NCBI GenBank assembly: GCA_965214935.1
Contig: CBDCCS010000010.1
Span: 234,105 to 298,104, forward strand
Direction: 5' to 3'
DNA length: 64,000 nt
Origin: Candidatus Velthaea sp.
GTDB taxonomy: Bacteria; Vulcanimicrobiota; Vulcanimicrobiia; Vulcanimicrobiales; Vulcanimicrobiaceae
Positions 48,997 to 58,787 of this stretch are shown here, in pieces (position 1 is the stretch's first letter; each line of letters opens with the position of its first letter). The notes under the pieces are model-generated. The model searched no databases and had not been told where the DNA came from. It saw only the letters and a program-made list of their open reading frames with translations. The position numbers and the translations under genes are program-made.

Positions 48997-50601
48997 ATTC
49001 TGACCTTACCACGTTCATCAGCGGCATTCGAGGCCGAATTTACTGCTTTGGGCTTGGCCGGTGTAACGACGGTTCACCGCAATTTAACGGTTCCACAATT
49101 ATACGAACACGCGCTGCGCCGCCATGAGGGGACGCTCGGCCTTGACGGTCAGCTCGTGGTCGAAACCGGTAAACACACCGGACGATCGCCGAACGACAAA
49201 TTCTTCGTGCGCGAACCGGGTAGCGAACATCACATCGATTGGGGCGCAACGAACAAGCCGATCGAGCCGGCGGTTTTTACGGAGTTGTTCGATCGTGTCG
49301 CGGCATATTTGGCGGGCAAGGAGCTTTTTTCGCTCGATTGCTATGTCGGCGCCGATGCACGTTATCGCACGCCGATTCGCGTCGTTACCGAATACGCTTG
49401 GCAGAATATCTTTGCGCGCGATTTGCTCATCGATACCGCCGACGCCGACGAATCATTTTCACCGGAGTTTACCGTCCTTGACGCGGCGATGTTCGATGCC
49501 GAACCGGCGCGCGACGGCACTGCATCGTCGACATTCATTCTCATTAATTTCGCGCGCAAGATCGTTCTCATCGGCGGCACCCGCTATGCCGGGGAGATCA
49601 AGAAATCGATCTTCACGTTGATGAACTACTTGATGCCGCTGCGTGACGTGCTGTCGATGCACTGTTCGGCCAACGTCGGCCGGGCCGGCGACGTCGCTAT
49701 TTTTTTCGGCTTATCCGGCACGGGCAAAACGACGCTGTCGGCCGATCCGCATCGGCCGCTCGTCGGCGACGACGAACACGGCTGGTCGAACGACGGTGTC
49801 TTCAATTTTGAAGGCGGCTGTTATGCCAAAGTCATTCGGCTCAGCGCCGAGCAAGAGCCGGAGATTTGGGCCGCCTCGCACAGATTCGGAACGATCGTCG
49901 AAAACGTCGTCATCGACCCGGTCACGCGCAAGCTCGACCTCGAGTCGCAGGCGCTGACGGAGAATACGCGTTCGGCTTACGCGTTGACGGCGATCCCGAA
50001 CACCGTTCCGGGCTCGAAGGCCGGCCACCCGAACACAATCGTCATGCTGACAGCCGATGCATTCGGTGTCCTGCCGCCGATCTCGAAGCTCTCGGGTCCG
50101 CAAGCGATGTACCATTTTCTATCCGGTTACACGGCGAAAACAGCCGGAACCGAAAAGGGCGTAACCGGAACGACCGCGACATTCTCGACTTGCTTCGGAG
50201 CGCCGTTCATGGTGCACCACCCGACGGTGTATGCAAAACTGCTGGGCGAGCGTATCGCCAAGCACGACGTTACGTGTTGGCTGGTCAATACCGGCTGGAC
50301 GGGCGGCCCGCCGGGTGTCGGTAAGCGCATGAAGCTCGCCTATACGCGCGCAATGGTCAATGCTGCCATTGAAGGCCGGCTCGACGATGTTGAATTCAAA
50401 GCCGAACCATTCTTCGGCTTGTTCATACCGCTGAGCGCGCCGGACGTTCCGTCCGAGGTACTCGACCCGCGAGGTGCATGGTCCGACACTGCTGCGTACG
50501 ACGCTCAGGCGAAGAAACTAGCGGGATTATTCTTTGAGAATTTCAAGCGTTTTGCCGATCACGCCGCGGCTGATGTCTTAGCGGTCGCGATCAAGCCGTA
50601 A
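48997..50601 (+). CDS. pckA: Phosphoenolpyruvate carboxykinase (ATP)
   Basis: TGRSPNDK, YAGEIKK, HCSAN, GLSGTGKTTLS, GDDEHGW and NFEGGCYAK. First canonical start is TTG 49048; the SD favours 48997/49000. Confidence 0.96.
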   Translation: MLTLPRSSAAFEAEFTALGLAGVTTVHRNLTVPQLYEHALRRHEGTLGLDGQLVVETGKHTGRSPNDKFFVREPGSEHHIDWGATNKPIEPAVFTELFDRVAAYLAGKELFSLDCYVGADARYRTPIRVVTEYAWQNIFARDLLIDTADADESFSPEFTVLDAAMFDAEPARDGTASSTFILINFARKIVLIGGTRYAGEIKKSIFTLMNYLMPLRDVLSMHCSANVGRAGDVAIFFGLSGTGKTTLSADPHRPLVGDDEHGWSNDGVFNFEGGCYAKVIRLSAEQEPEIWAASHRFGTIVENVVIDPVTRKLDLESQALTENTRSAYALTAIPNTVPGSKAGHPNTIVMLTADAFGVLPPISKLSGPQAMYHFLSGYTAKTAGTEKGVTGTTATFSTCFGAPFMVHHPTVYAKLLGERIAKHDVTCWLVNTGWTGGPPGVGKRMKLAYTRAMVNAAIEGRLDDVEFKAEPFFGLFIPLSAPDVPSEVLDPRGAWSDTAAYDAQAKKLAGLFFENFKRFADHAAADVLAVAIKP

Positions 50602-50618
50602 GGAATAAGACGCCGGAT

Positions 50619-51047
50619 TTACTCCGCCGCGACGCCGAGCGCTTTGAGTAACACGCGCTTGCGGCGCCGGCCGTCGAACTCGCCGTAGTGTATCCGTTCC
50701 CACGGACCCAGGTCGAGCGCACCGTTCGTCACCGGCACCAGCACTTGATGTCCGAGCAGCATTCGCTTGAGATGTGCGTCGGCATTATCCTCACCAGTCA
50801 AGTGGTGCCGATAGTCGAGACCGGCCGGCGCGAGTTGCTCCACCCATGTCATGATGTCGCTCCATAAACCGGCTTCATGATCGTTGACGAAAATGCTCGA
50901 CGTGATGTGCATGGTCGAAACCAGAACGTAGCCGTCATGTAAGCGTGCCGCGGACCGCACGCGTTCGACTGTTTCGGTAATGTCGATGATCTCGTAGCGC
51001 TTATCCGTGCGCAACGTCAAGTATTCCGTGTAAGCGATCGTTTCCAT
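50619..51047 (-). CDS. yjbQ: YjbQ/UPF0047 family protein
   Basis: HITSS, DNADAHLK, LDLGPWE and EFDG. Confidence 0.9.
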   Translation of the reverse strand: METIAYTEYLTLRTDKRYEIIDITETVERVRSAARLHDGYVLVSTMHITSSIFVNDHEAGLWSDIMTWVEQLAPAGLDYRHHLTGEDNADAHLKRMLLGHQVLVPVTNGALDLGPWERIHYGEFDGRRRKRVLLKALGVAAE

Positions 51048-51130
51048 CGGTCGAGCGTTCGTGCCGGCACGCGGGTGGACCGGCCGCTCCGCGCCGGGAT
51101 GACTGCGCGAGCCGTTCGCGTAAGTGCAAA

Positions 51131-52045
51131 ATGATGGCGACGACGGAGGTTTCAGGCGTACGCGAAGGGACGTTTCCGTTTCGCGGCTATGACGTTTGGT
51201 TTCGCATCGTCGGTGAGCGCGAGGCGCCGGGGCGCTTGCCGCTGCTCATCGTGCACGGCGGACCCGGCGCGACGCACCAATATCTCGAACCGCTGTCGGC
51301 GCTGGCGAGCAGCGGACGGCGCATTATCTTCTACGATCAAATCGGCTGCGGACGTTCCGGGCGGCCGACCGACCCGGATTTTTTCTCCGCTGAACTTTTT
51401 GTCGAAGAACTCGCTGCGCTGCGTTCTGCATTGGGATTAGAGCACGTACATCTGCTCGGTCAATCATGGGGCGGAATGCTTGCCATGCAATATGCGATCG
51501 GCCGTCCGGCGGGCCTCGCCGGCATCGTGGTCGCCGATTCGCCGGCCGACATGATGCAATGGGTGAGTGAAGCAAATCGACTGCGGGCGGAATTGCCGCC
51601 CGAAACGGCTCGGGCACTTAGCGAGCACGAAGCCGCCGGATCGACGACGAGCGCCCAATACGCCGAGGCCGTCAATGTGTTCTATCGCCGTCACGTTTGC
51701 CGGCTCGACCCGTGGCCCGAACCGTTTGCCCGGACGGCCGAAGCACTGGCCAACGATGCTTTGGTCTATAATGTCATGAACGGACCGAGCGAATTCCATG
51801 TCGTCGGCAAGCTCAAGACGTGGTCCATTCTCGACCGGCTGCACGAGATTGCGGCGCCCATGTTATTACTGAGCGGGCGTTACGACGAAGCGACTCCGGC
51901 AATCGTCAGTGCGATCCAGACGCGCGTTCCGCATGCCGAATGGGTCTTGTTCGAACACAGCTCGCATACGCCGCACCTTGAAGAACCTGCGGCGTTCAAC
52001 GCGGCGGTGCGCGGTTTCTTGAGCGGCATCGAGCAAAGCGCGTAG
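51131..52045 (+). CDS. Proline iminopeptidase-family hydrolase
   Basis: HGGPG, YDQIGCGRS, GQSWGG, GPSEF and SSHTPHLEE. Confidence 0.9.
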   Translation: MMATTEVSGVREGTFPFRGYDVWFRIVGEREAPGRLPLLIVHGGPGATHQYLEPLSALASSGRRIIFYDQIGCGRSGRPTDPDFFSAELFVEELAALRSALGLEHVHLLGQSWGGMLAMQYAIGRPAGLAGIVVADSPADMMQWVSEANRLRAELPPETARALSEHEAAGSTTSAQYAEAVNVFYRRHVCRLDPWPEPFARTAEALANDALVYNVMNGPSEFHVVGKLKTWSILDRLHEIAAPMLLLSGRYDEATPAIVSAIQTRVPHAEWVLFEHSSHTPHLEEPAAFNAAVRGFLSGIEQSA

Positions 52046-52141
52046 CGGTCACTGGTCCTGCATACGTCGCACCAGACCATTGCCGCCGGTTCGACTATTG
52101 CATGGCAGCTGCAACGATCGCGGCAGCCGTAAACCAGCGTT

Positions 52142-52166
52142 AAAAAAGCAGCGTCATCGCTGCTTT
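52142..52166. terminator. Intrinsic terminator-like hairpin
   Basis: AAAAAAGCAGCG-TCAT-CGCTGCTTT; six-U tract on the minus strand and three U on the plus strand. Confidence 0.6.
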
Positions 52167-52517
52167 CATAAATTTGCTTGTATTCGATGGTAGCGATAGT
52201 GTAAATCTTTTCAACGCCGGCAACCCGCTTCATCGTTGCATCGCGTCGTTTATCTGCGAGCAGTTACACGCTGGTAAGGTTCATACACATTACGGTTCAC
52301 GCGTACCTGTTAGCGCTTGTACGCGCTTTGATCCGCACGGGCGCGCATCCGTCGTCAAACCATACCTAAGTCACACGCGCGTTGCGCATTACCGCCGTAT
52401 GGGCGTTGTACCGGCTACGGTACTATCGATACGCAACGACGATGCCGGCTAACAAAACGTCATCACGATCGTCGCTGCATTTTTAGCGCTACGCTCTACC
52501 GAGCATAGGACGAACCT

Positions 52518-53996
52518 TTGGCGAATTTTCCTGCGAGCGTTAGCGCTGCGAGCTTCGATCGGCCGGCCGGCGCTGACGCCGTCCAGCCGGATGCGGTCGC
52601 GCGCGTTTCTCGGGCACTCGCATTTCGCTACGATGTGTTGCCGCTGAGCTTGCGCGACGGCGTGCTCAGCGTCGGCGTGCCCGATGACTCGGATCCGGCA
52701 CTACTCGATCGGTTACGTCAGGCCACGCGGCTTCGGGTTACGGCGATCGCAATGCCGCGCGAGCGTATCCGGCAACAACTGCAGACCGCCTACAGCTCCG
52801 GTGTATCGCAGCTGGGGTTAGCCGAGCAGCGAAATGCAGACGCACCTGCGGTGCAGGCCGTCGATGCGACCTTTCGGCGCGCGGTTGCCGCGCATGCCAG
52901 CGACGTGCATGTCGAACCTCGAAACACAAGCGGCTTCATCCGTTTGCGGATCGACGGCGTCCTCGTCGACTTGGAAGCAATTGCCGGCGAAATTTATCCG
53001 GCGTTCGTTTCGCGTATCAAACTTACCGCCGGAATGGATATCGCCGATAAGCGTCAGCCGCAAGACGGCCGGTATACGCTCGAACACGATGGCCGTCAAA
53101 TCGACGCACGCGTATCTTCGATGCCGACGATCGACGGCGAAAAACTCGTCGTCCGGTTGTTGGACCTGCACGCTCAAACATGCGCTCTCGACGCACTCGA
53201 TATGCCGTCCGATATCCTCGCTCGGTACACGCAGCTGTTAACGCTGCCCTGGGGCTTCATCGTGGTAACCGGTCCGACGGGAAGCGGAAAGACGACGACG
53301 CTGTACTCTTCGCTTGCACAACTCGATCGTTCGGCCAAGAACATTTGTACCGTCGAAGACCCGGTTGAAATGCGCGTCGCCGGCGTGACGCAAGTCGGCG
53401 TAAATCCGCGTGCCGGCTTAACCTTTGCCAGCGCCTTACGAAGTTTCATGCGCCAGGACCCGAACGTTATCATGGTCGGTGAGCTGCGCGACGCCGAGAC
53501 CGCCGCAGTCGCCATCTCGGCCTCACTTGCCGGCCAGCTCGTTCTTACAACATTGCATAGTAACGACGCCCCGCGCACGATCGAACGGCTTGCGGAATTA
53601 GGCGTCGCCCGCCAATCGCTCGCGGCGGGTTTGACCGCGATACTCGCACAACGGCTGGTTCGCCGGTTGTGCGATCGCTGCCGCGTTCTGTGCGCTATAC
53701 CGGACGACATACGCGTGGAACACGACATCGCGCAACACCATTGGTGGGTAGCGGGCGGGTGCCCGGCATGCGCGCATTCGGGTTACAGCGGGCGCCTCGG
53801 CGTGTACGAACTGCTGCCGGTCGACGATGCACTCCGCATTGCCATCGGTAACGGTGCCTCGAGCGTCGAGCTGGCCGCACTCGGCGAGCACAACGGCTAT
53901 CGTCCGATGTTCGATGACGGCCTCATTAAAGTGCTCGACGGTAAAACGAGTTACACAGAGTTACTGCGGATCGTCGGTCCGCGGATCGAACGATGA
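52518..53996 (+). CDS. pilB: Type IV pilus assembly ATPase (PilB/GspE)
   Basis: ASDVHVEP, QPQDGR, GPTGSGKTT, TVEDPVE, RQDPNVIMVGE and CDRC...CPAC zinc motif. Confidence 0.92.
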   Translation: MANFPASVSAASFDRPAGADAVQPDAVARVSRALAFRYDVLPLSLRDGVLSVGVPDDSDPALLDRLRQATRLRVTAIAMPRERIRQQLQTAYSSGVSQLGLAEQRNADAPAVQAVDATFRRAVAAHASDVHVEPRNTSGFIRLRIDGVLVDLEAIAGEIYPAFVSRIKLTAGMDIADKRQPQDGRYTLEHDGRQIDARVSSMPTIDGEKLVVRLLDLHAQTCALDALDMPSDILARYTQLLTLPWGFIVVTGPTGSGKTTTLYSSLAQLDRSAKNICTVEDPVEMRVAGVTQVGVNPRAGLTFASALRSFMRQDPNVIMVGELRDAETAAVAISASLAGQLVLTTLHSNDAPRTIERLAELGVARQSLAAGLTAILAQRLVRRLCDRCRVLCAIPDDIRVEHDIAQHHWWVAGGCPACAHSGYSGRLGVYELLPVDDALRIAIGNGASSVELAALGEHNGYRPMFDDGLIKVLDGKTSYTELLRIVGPRIER

Positions 53997-55090
53997 TCGA
54001 CCTCCCGATGAGCCCGGAGCTGGGCGCAGTCCGCATTAGCGAACTCTTACACAACGCGCGCGTGCGGAAAGCGTCGGACGTCCACTTCGGCGGTGACGAC
54101 CGGCCGGCGATGCGTATCGACGGCAAGCTCGTTATTCTCGCGGCTGAACCAATCCCGCAAAGCGCACTGACGGCATATCTCGAGTCCGCGCTAACACCGC
54201 TCCAATTCGATCGCTTTACCGAGTTCGGTACTGCGGACGGTGCGCAGCGCGCGACGGACGGCGGCACGTGCCGTATCCATGCATATCGTCAAAGCACCGG
54301 CGTACGCGTCGTCGTCCGGCTCCTCGCACGCGACATTCCGCGCTTCGAAGACCTCGAATTGCCGCCGGTCATCGCCACCTTTGCGAACCGCCCGATGGGT
54401 CTCGTGCTTTTTACCGGTCCGACCGGCAGCGGCAAAACGACCGCGCTGGCAGCCCTGCTCGATCGAATAAATCGCAGCAGCGAGCGGCACATCATTACCG
54501 TCGAAGATCCGATTGAATACATCCATCGATCGCAGCGCTCGATCGTCACGCAATGTGAGCTCGGCCGTGACGTTAACAGCTATGCCGAAGCGCTGCGCGG
54601 GATGATGCGCGCCGATCCGGACGTCATCTTGATCGGCGAAATGCGCGACCGCGAGACGATGGCAGCGGCGATGACTGCTGCCGAAACCGGCCATCTCGTC
54701 TTTGCGACGTTGCATACCAACGATAGCGCACAAACGATCGATCGCATCATCGATTCGTTTCCGAGCGAAGCGCAAAACCAGCTGCGTTCGCAGCTCGCTG
54801 CCGTTCTCATCGGCGTCGTCGGTCTACGACTGGTGCCCCGCGCGGCGGGTGCCGGACGACGCGCCGCAGCGGAAGTCATGATTGCAACCGACGGCATTCG
54901 CAATACGATCCGTGACGGCAAAACCCACCAGCTCCGCAACGCAATTGTTACCGGGCGCGACATCGGAATGCAAACGCTCGAGACGCATCTGAGTCTGCTC
55001 GTCGAGCGCGCCGAAATCTCCCTCGCGGCGGCTCGAGCTGTTTGCGGACGGCCGGGTGACGTTCGCACGGCAGATCGGCCGGCCAACTGA
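53993..55090 (+). CDS. pilT: Type IV pilus retraction ATPase
   Basis: GPTGSGKTT, EDPIE, RADPDVILIGEMRD, AETGHLVFATLHT, GIRNTIRD and GMQT. Confidence 0.92.
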   Translation: MIDLPMSPELGAVRISELLHNARVRKASDVHFGGDDRPAMRIDGKLVILAAEPIPQSALTAYLESALTPLQFDRFTEFGTADGAQRATDGGTCRIHAYRQSTGVRVVVRLLARDIPRFEDLELPPVIATFANRPMGLVLFTGPTGSGKTTALAALLDRINRSSERHIITVEDPIEYIHRSQRSIVTQCELGRDVNSYAEALRGMMRADPDVILIGEMRDRETMAAAMTAAETGHLVFATLHTNDSAQTIDRIIDSFPSEAQNQLRSQLAAVLIGVVGLRLVPRAAGAGRRAAAEVMIATDGIRNTIRDGKTHQLRNAIVTGRDIGMQTLETHLSLLVERAEISLAAARAVCGRPGDVRTADRPAN

Positions 55091-56316
55091 TGGCCGTATG
55101 TAATTATCGTTACACCGCGCGAACTGCCGAGGGCGCCGTCGTACGCGGTGCCATGCAGGCGGTGAACGTGGCGGCGGTGATCGACCTGCTGCGGACACGT
55201 TCGCTATTCGTGACGGCCGTCGATCCGAGCTCCGACGTCAGCCGACAGATCGTGCACGCAATTGTAACCCGGCGAATTCCGCGTGCGGCGATGCTCGGTT
55301 TCTTTCGCGCTTTTGCAACGCTCATTCGAGCCGGCGTGTCGATCGGCGATGCATTGCGCGTGACGATCGAGCGCTGCGCGAACGAGCGCCTTGCCGAGGC
55401 GTTACGATCGATCCTAGCGGATGTCGAGTACGGAACGGCCATGAGCGACGCGTTAGCGCGCCGGCCCAGTGACTTTGCTCCGTTGCACGTCGCGATGATT
55501 CGTGCCGGCGAAACCGGCGGTATTCTCGACGACGTGCTCGAGCGGCTTGCCGTTTACCTCGAACGCGATGCAACGCTGCGCAAAAAGCTGCAGACGGCGC
55601 TCGCATACCCAACGGTTGTTCTCATCGCAGCGTCGCTACTGATCGTGTTCATGCTCGCCAAGATCGTTCCGATGTTTGCCGACATCTTCCGGGCGTTTCA
55701 TATCGATCTGCCGCCGGCTACGCAATTTTTGCTATCAATCGCTGACGCGCTGCAATCACCAGCGGTTTGGTCGATGATTGCCGCGGGCGGTTTAGCCGGC
55801 GCGTTCGGTTGTGTCCGCCTGTCTCGCACTGCGGGCGGCTCGCTCCTGCTCGACCGTGCGCGCCTGCATTTACCGGTCGTCGGGCCGCTTCTGCGCAAAA
55901 CCATCGGCGCACGCGTCGCACGTACGCTCGGGACACTGCTTGGTTCGGGCGTCGAACTCATGAGCGCAATCGATGCCGTCGCCGCCGTCGCGGGCAGCGC
56001 GACGTACGCTCGGGCATTCCGCAACGTCAACGCGGAACTGCGCGAAGGATCGTCGGTCACGCGATCGCTGACGAACGCAAAGCTCTTCGACTCCCTTCTG
56101 CTTGCGCTCGTGCGCGTCGGTGAAGAGACCGGGTTGCTCGACGAGATGCTCCTCAACGTCGCGCAACATTTCGAATCGGACGTCGAGGCGACCATCGCAA
56201 CACTTGGCGCCGTACTCGAGCCCGCGCTCATCCTCATCCTCGGCACGATCGTCGGTTTCATCGTTTGCTCGATCTTCATCCCCCTTTACTCTTTGATTGG
56301 AAGCGTCTCAAAGTGA
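55090..56316 (+). CDS. pilC: Type IV pilus platform protein (PilC/GspF)
   Basis: MIRAGETGGILD, ALAYP, VGEETGLLDEML and LEPALI. Confidence 0.92.
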   Translation: MAVCNYRYTARTAEGAVVRGAMQAVNVAAVIDLLRTRSLFVTAVDPSSDVSRQIVHAIVTRRIPRAAMLGFFRAFATLIRAGVSIGDALRVTIERCANERLAEALRSILADVEYGTAMSDALARRPSDFAPLHVAMIRAGETGGILDDVLERLAVYLERDATLRKKLQTALAYPTVVLIAASLLIVFMLAKIVPMFADIFRAFHIDLPPATQFLLSIADALQSPAVWSMIAAGGLAGAFGCVRLSRTAGGSLLLDRARLHLPVVGPLLRKTIGARVARTLGTLLGSGVELMSAIDAVAAVAGSATYARAFRNVNAELREGSSVTRSLTNAKLFDSLLLALVRVGEETGLLDEMLLNVAQHFESDVEATIATLGAVLEPALILILGTIVGFIVCSIFIPLYSLIGSVSK

Positions 56317-57011
56317 CTACCGGTTCGGCGCTGGCAAAATTTATCGACGAGCGGACCCAGCAACATCGTGACGATCTCATTGCATCGTATTGGTACCTCT
56401 GCAATCGCGGAGCAAGAAAATTTCAGCGTGCCGGCGTCGACCGCGCCGACTTGCTACAAGTTGCCGCCATCGGTCTCATCAAGGCAGTCGAGAACTTCAA
56501 GCCGCAATTGCGGACGCCGTTCGAGGCATATGCCTGGCTGCTCATCGTGGGCGAGCTCATGCATTACGTGCGCGACCACGAACGCATCGTGCGTATTCCG
56601 CGCTGGCTACGCGCGCTCGAAAAGCCGTATCTGCGTGCCGATGAACGCCTAGGGGCGCGTCTTGGCCGGACACCGTCTGCACGCGAAATCGCGCTGGAAC
56701 TCGACGTCGACGTGAAGATCGTCGATGAATTACGGCTGCTGCGTCGCGGCGGCGCAGTCTCGCTTGAATCCGTGCTCGGGTCGCCGACCGCCGAACCGCG
56801 CGCAATCGCGCGAGGACTCTCACTCGATGAAACGTTGACGCTGCGCATCGCGATTGAGAAACTTGCCGAGCGCGAACGCACGATTGTCCTCGGTTCGTTC
56901 GCTGCCGGTTTATCGCAAGCCGAGCTGGGTGAACGTCTAGGCTTATCGCAGAGTCAAGTCTCCAAACTCATCAAGAAAGCGCTGATCAAAATGCAGCGCC
57001 AAGTTGCATGA
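56313..57011 (+). CDS. Group 3 sigma factor (SigB/SigF/SigG family)
   Basis: DLLQVAAIGLIKAVENF, GELMHYVRD...VRIPR, LGRTPSAREIA and LSQAELGERLGLSQSQVSKL; GTGA-coupled to pilC. Confidence 0.9.
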   Translation: MTTGSALAKFIDERTQQHRDDLIASYWYLCNRGARKFQRAGVDRADLLQVAAIGLIKAVENFKPQLRTPFEAYAWLLIVGELMHYVRDHERIVRIPRWLRALEKPYLRADERLGARLGRTPSAREIALELDVDVKIVDELRLLRRGGAVSLESVLGSPTAEPRAIARGLSLDETLTLRIAIEKLAERERTIVLGSFAAGLSQAELGERLGLSQSQVSKLIKKALIKMQRQVA

Positions 57012-57574
57012 AAACACGCTCGCCGGGTACTGCGCACGTCACTCACAGCCGCTTTATGTTGGGTATTATTTTGCGTCCGAGCACCGACCGCTACGCCGCC
57101 GAACGCGGCTTCACGCTCATCGAATTAATGATCGTCGTCGCAATAATCGCAATTCTTGCCGGCATCCTCATACCGAATTTCGTCAATGCGCGCGCGCAGG
57201 CACAAACATCGGCGTGTGAGTCGAACCTGCGCGCGATCGCAACGGCAATGGAGCTTTACTACTCGGATCATCAGCGCTATCCCGATGCCGGTGCGATCCC
57301 CGATGCACTCAATGCAACGGCCGTAACGTACCTCAATAACACCCCGCGCGACCCGGCCGATGCGGGTGTAACGCCTACCAAATATAGCTTCACGCAACCA
57401 ACGGGCGACGGCCAAAGCTACTTAATTACATGTCCCGGAACGCACGCCGCTTCGACGTTGGCGAAATTCAATAAAGATGACGGCACGGGCAAAGCATCGG
57501 CCGAATTGTGCGGCAGCGCCGGCTGCGCAAAAACAATCGAGTACGGCTCGGGCGCAGGCTTGATCGCGAAGTGA
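57008..57574 (+). CDS. Type IV pilin / GspG-like pseudopilin
   Basis: RG|FTLIELMIVVAIIAILAGILIP with E5 and P22; four Cys in the mature protein; alternative start ATG 57056. Confidence 0.92.
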   Translation: MKTRSPGTAHVTHSRFMLGIILRPSTDRYAAERGFTLIELMIVVAIIAILAGILIPNFVNARAQAQTSACESNLRAIATAMELYYSDHQRYPDAGAIPDALNATAVTYLNNTPRDPADAGVTPTKYSFTQPTGDGQSYLITCPGTHAASTLAKFNKDDGTGKASAELCGSAGCAKTIEYGSGAGLIAK

Positions 57575-58260
57575 TCGATCCGCTCGCCGCCGGGCTTGCA
57601 GCGGTACGTTCGGGGTCGCCCGCGTCCGCCGCCGCGGTGTTTGCCGCCGGCCTATGTACCAGTGTCGGCCCATGCGTCGCGCCGCGTTACCTCGCTCTCG
57701 CGACGCTGGCAAGCACTTATCGCAATCCGACCGTACCGACGCTCGCATTTGTGGCCGGCATGCTCGGCGCATTCATGACGTTGGGATTCGGTGCGGGAGC
57801 GGTCGGTGCGCTGTGGATCTCGGCCGGCTCGGTGTATGCCTTACTCGCGACTGCCCTTGTGCTCGGTGGTTGCTATTCGCTCGTTCGAGCCGACCCGCCG
57901 GCAGCGTCGTCGGCACGTTGCTGCGCCGCGCCGCTACAACGGCCGGCCGGTCGGATCGCGCAACGATCGCTGGGCGGCATTTTTCTGTTCGGTGCTGCGA
58001 GCGCACTGATCGTTTCGCCATGCTGTACGCCTGTTGTCACGGCAATTGCAGCAACGTCCGCGGCAATCGGGAAGCCGGTCGTTGGCGTCGCTTTACTTAC
58101 AAGCTTCACCATCGGGCATGCTTTGCCGCTGCTCGTCGGCGGCAGCTTTACCGCGCGGTTACGTCGGATCGAGAAATTGCGCATCCACGGCCAAGCGGCG
58201 CCGATCGTCTCCGGCGTGCTGATGCTGGCGCTCGGCGCCTATTACGGGATGCTGGCGTGA
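57571..58260 (+). CDS. CcdA/DsbD transmembrane thiol-disulfide electron transporter
   Basis: About six TM segments with GLCTSVGPCV and LIVSPCCTP motifs plus FTIGHALPLL; GTGA-coupled to the pilin. Confidence 0.8.
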   Translation: MIDPLAAGLAAVRSGSPASAAAVFAAGLCTSVGPCVAPRYLALATLASTYRNPTVPTLAFVAGMLGAFMTLGFGAGAVGALWISAGSVYALLATALVLGGCYSLVRADPPAASSARCCAAPLQRPAGRIAQRSLGGIFLFGAASALIVSPCCTPVVTAIAATSAAIGKPVVGVALLTSFTIGHALPLLVGGSFTARLRRIEKLRIHGQAAPIVSGVLMLALGAYYGMLA

Positions 58261-58787
58261 CGATTCCGCTTTGGCGCCGCTTTGCAATTGCGGCTCTATC
58301 GCTTTGCGTCGCGGCGGTGCTGTTTCATGCGCAGCTTGCCGGCGCCTTGATCTTACGCGGCGACGATGCGCTACGCAGCGGCGACCGTGTTGCCGGCATT
58401 CGCTATTATCGCCGGGCACTCGCTCTCGATGCGCGCTCGACGGTCGCGGCCGATCGGCTTGCATTTTATCTCGCTATGCGTCGAACTGCGGCTGACGCGC
58501 GAGCGGCGATCGACGTTGCATCCGATGCGCTAATCTTTCATGCAGCCGACGCGGCATTACTTGCAGACCGTGGCTTAGCCGAACAATTGCTCGGACGCCG
58601 GCTCGCGGCGCAAGCGGATTTCACCCGAGCGGCGGAAGCCGGCAACGACGCGCGGTACGATCACTTCGCTGCCCGCATTGCGCTTGCTCGCGGGCACCGC
58701 GACGAGGCGCGGCGCCTGTTCGAGCGGGCGTTGTCGCACGATCGCGCGTTCGATCCGGCGCGCGTCGCACTGGCGAACTTACGATGA
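58257..58787 (+). CDS. TPR-like protein with N-terminal signal/TM segment
   Basis: Helical repeats GIRYYRRALALD, AQADFTRAA and ARRLFERAL. Confidence 0.7.
   Translation: MTIPLWRRFAIAALSLCVAAVLFHAQLAGALILRGDDALRSGDRVAGIRYYRRALALDARSTVAADRLAFYLAMRRTAADARAAIDVASDALIFHAADAALLADRGLAEQLLGRRLAAQADFTRAAEAGNDARYDHFAARIALARGHRDEARRLFERALSHDRAFDPARVALANLR

Noticed and set aside
52170..52517. c-di-GMP riboswitch upstream of pilB; ORF 52174..52452
   Set aside because: The class I consensus elements could not be matched; the ORF has no motif or SD.
52518..52800. MshEN c-di-GMP-binding motif in PilB
   Set aside because: No RLGxxL repeats at the N-terminus.
57008..57574. Pilin as a conductive e-pilin (F1, F24, Y50, Y51, Y57) next to a 'cytochrome c biogenesis' gene
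   Set aside because: It lacks aromatics at positions 27 and 32, has low aromatic density and a full-size head, and no cytochrome gene is nearby.
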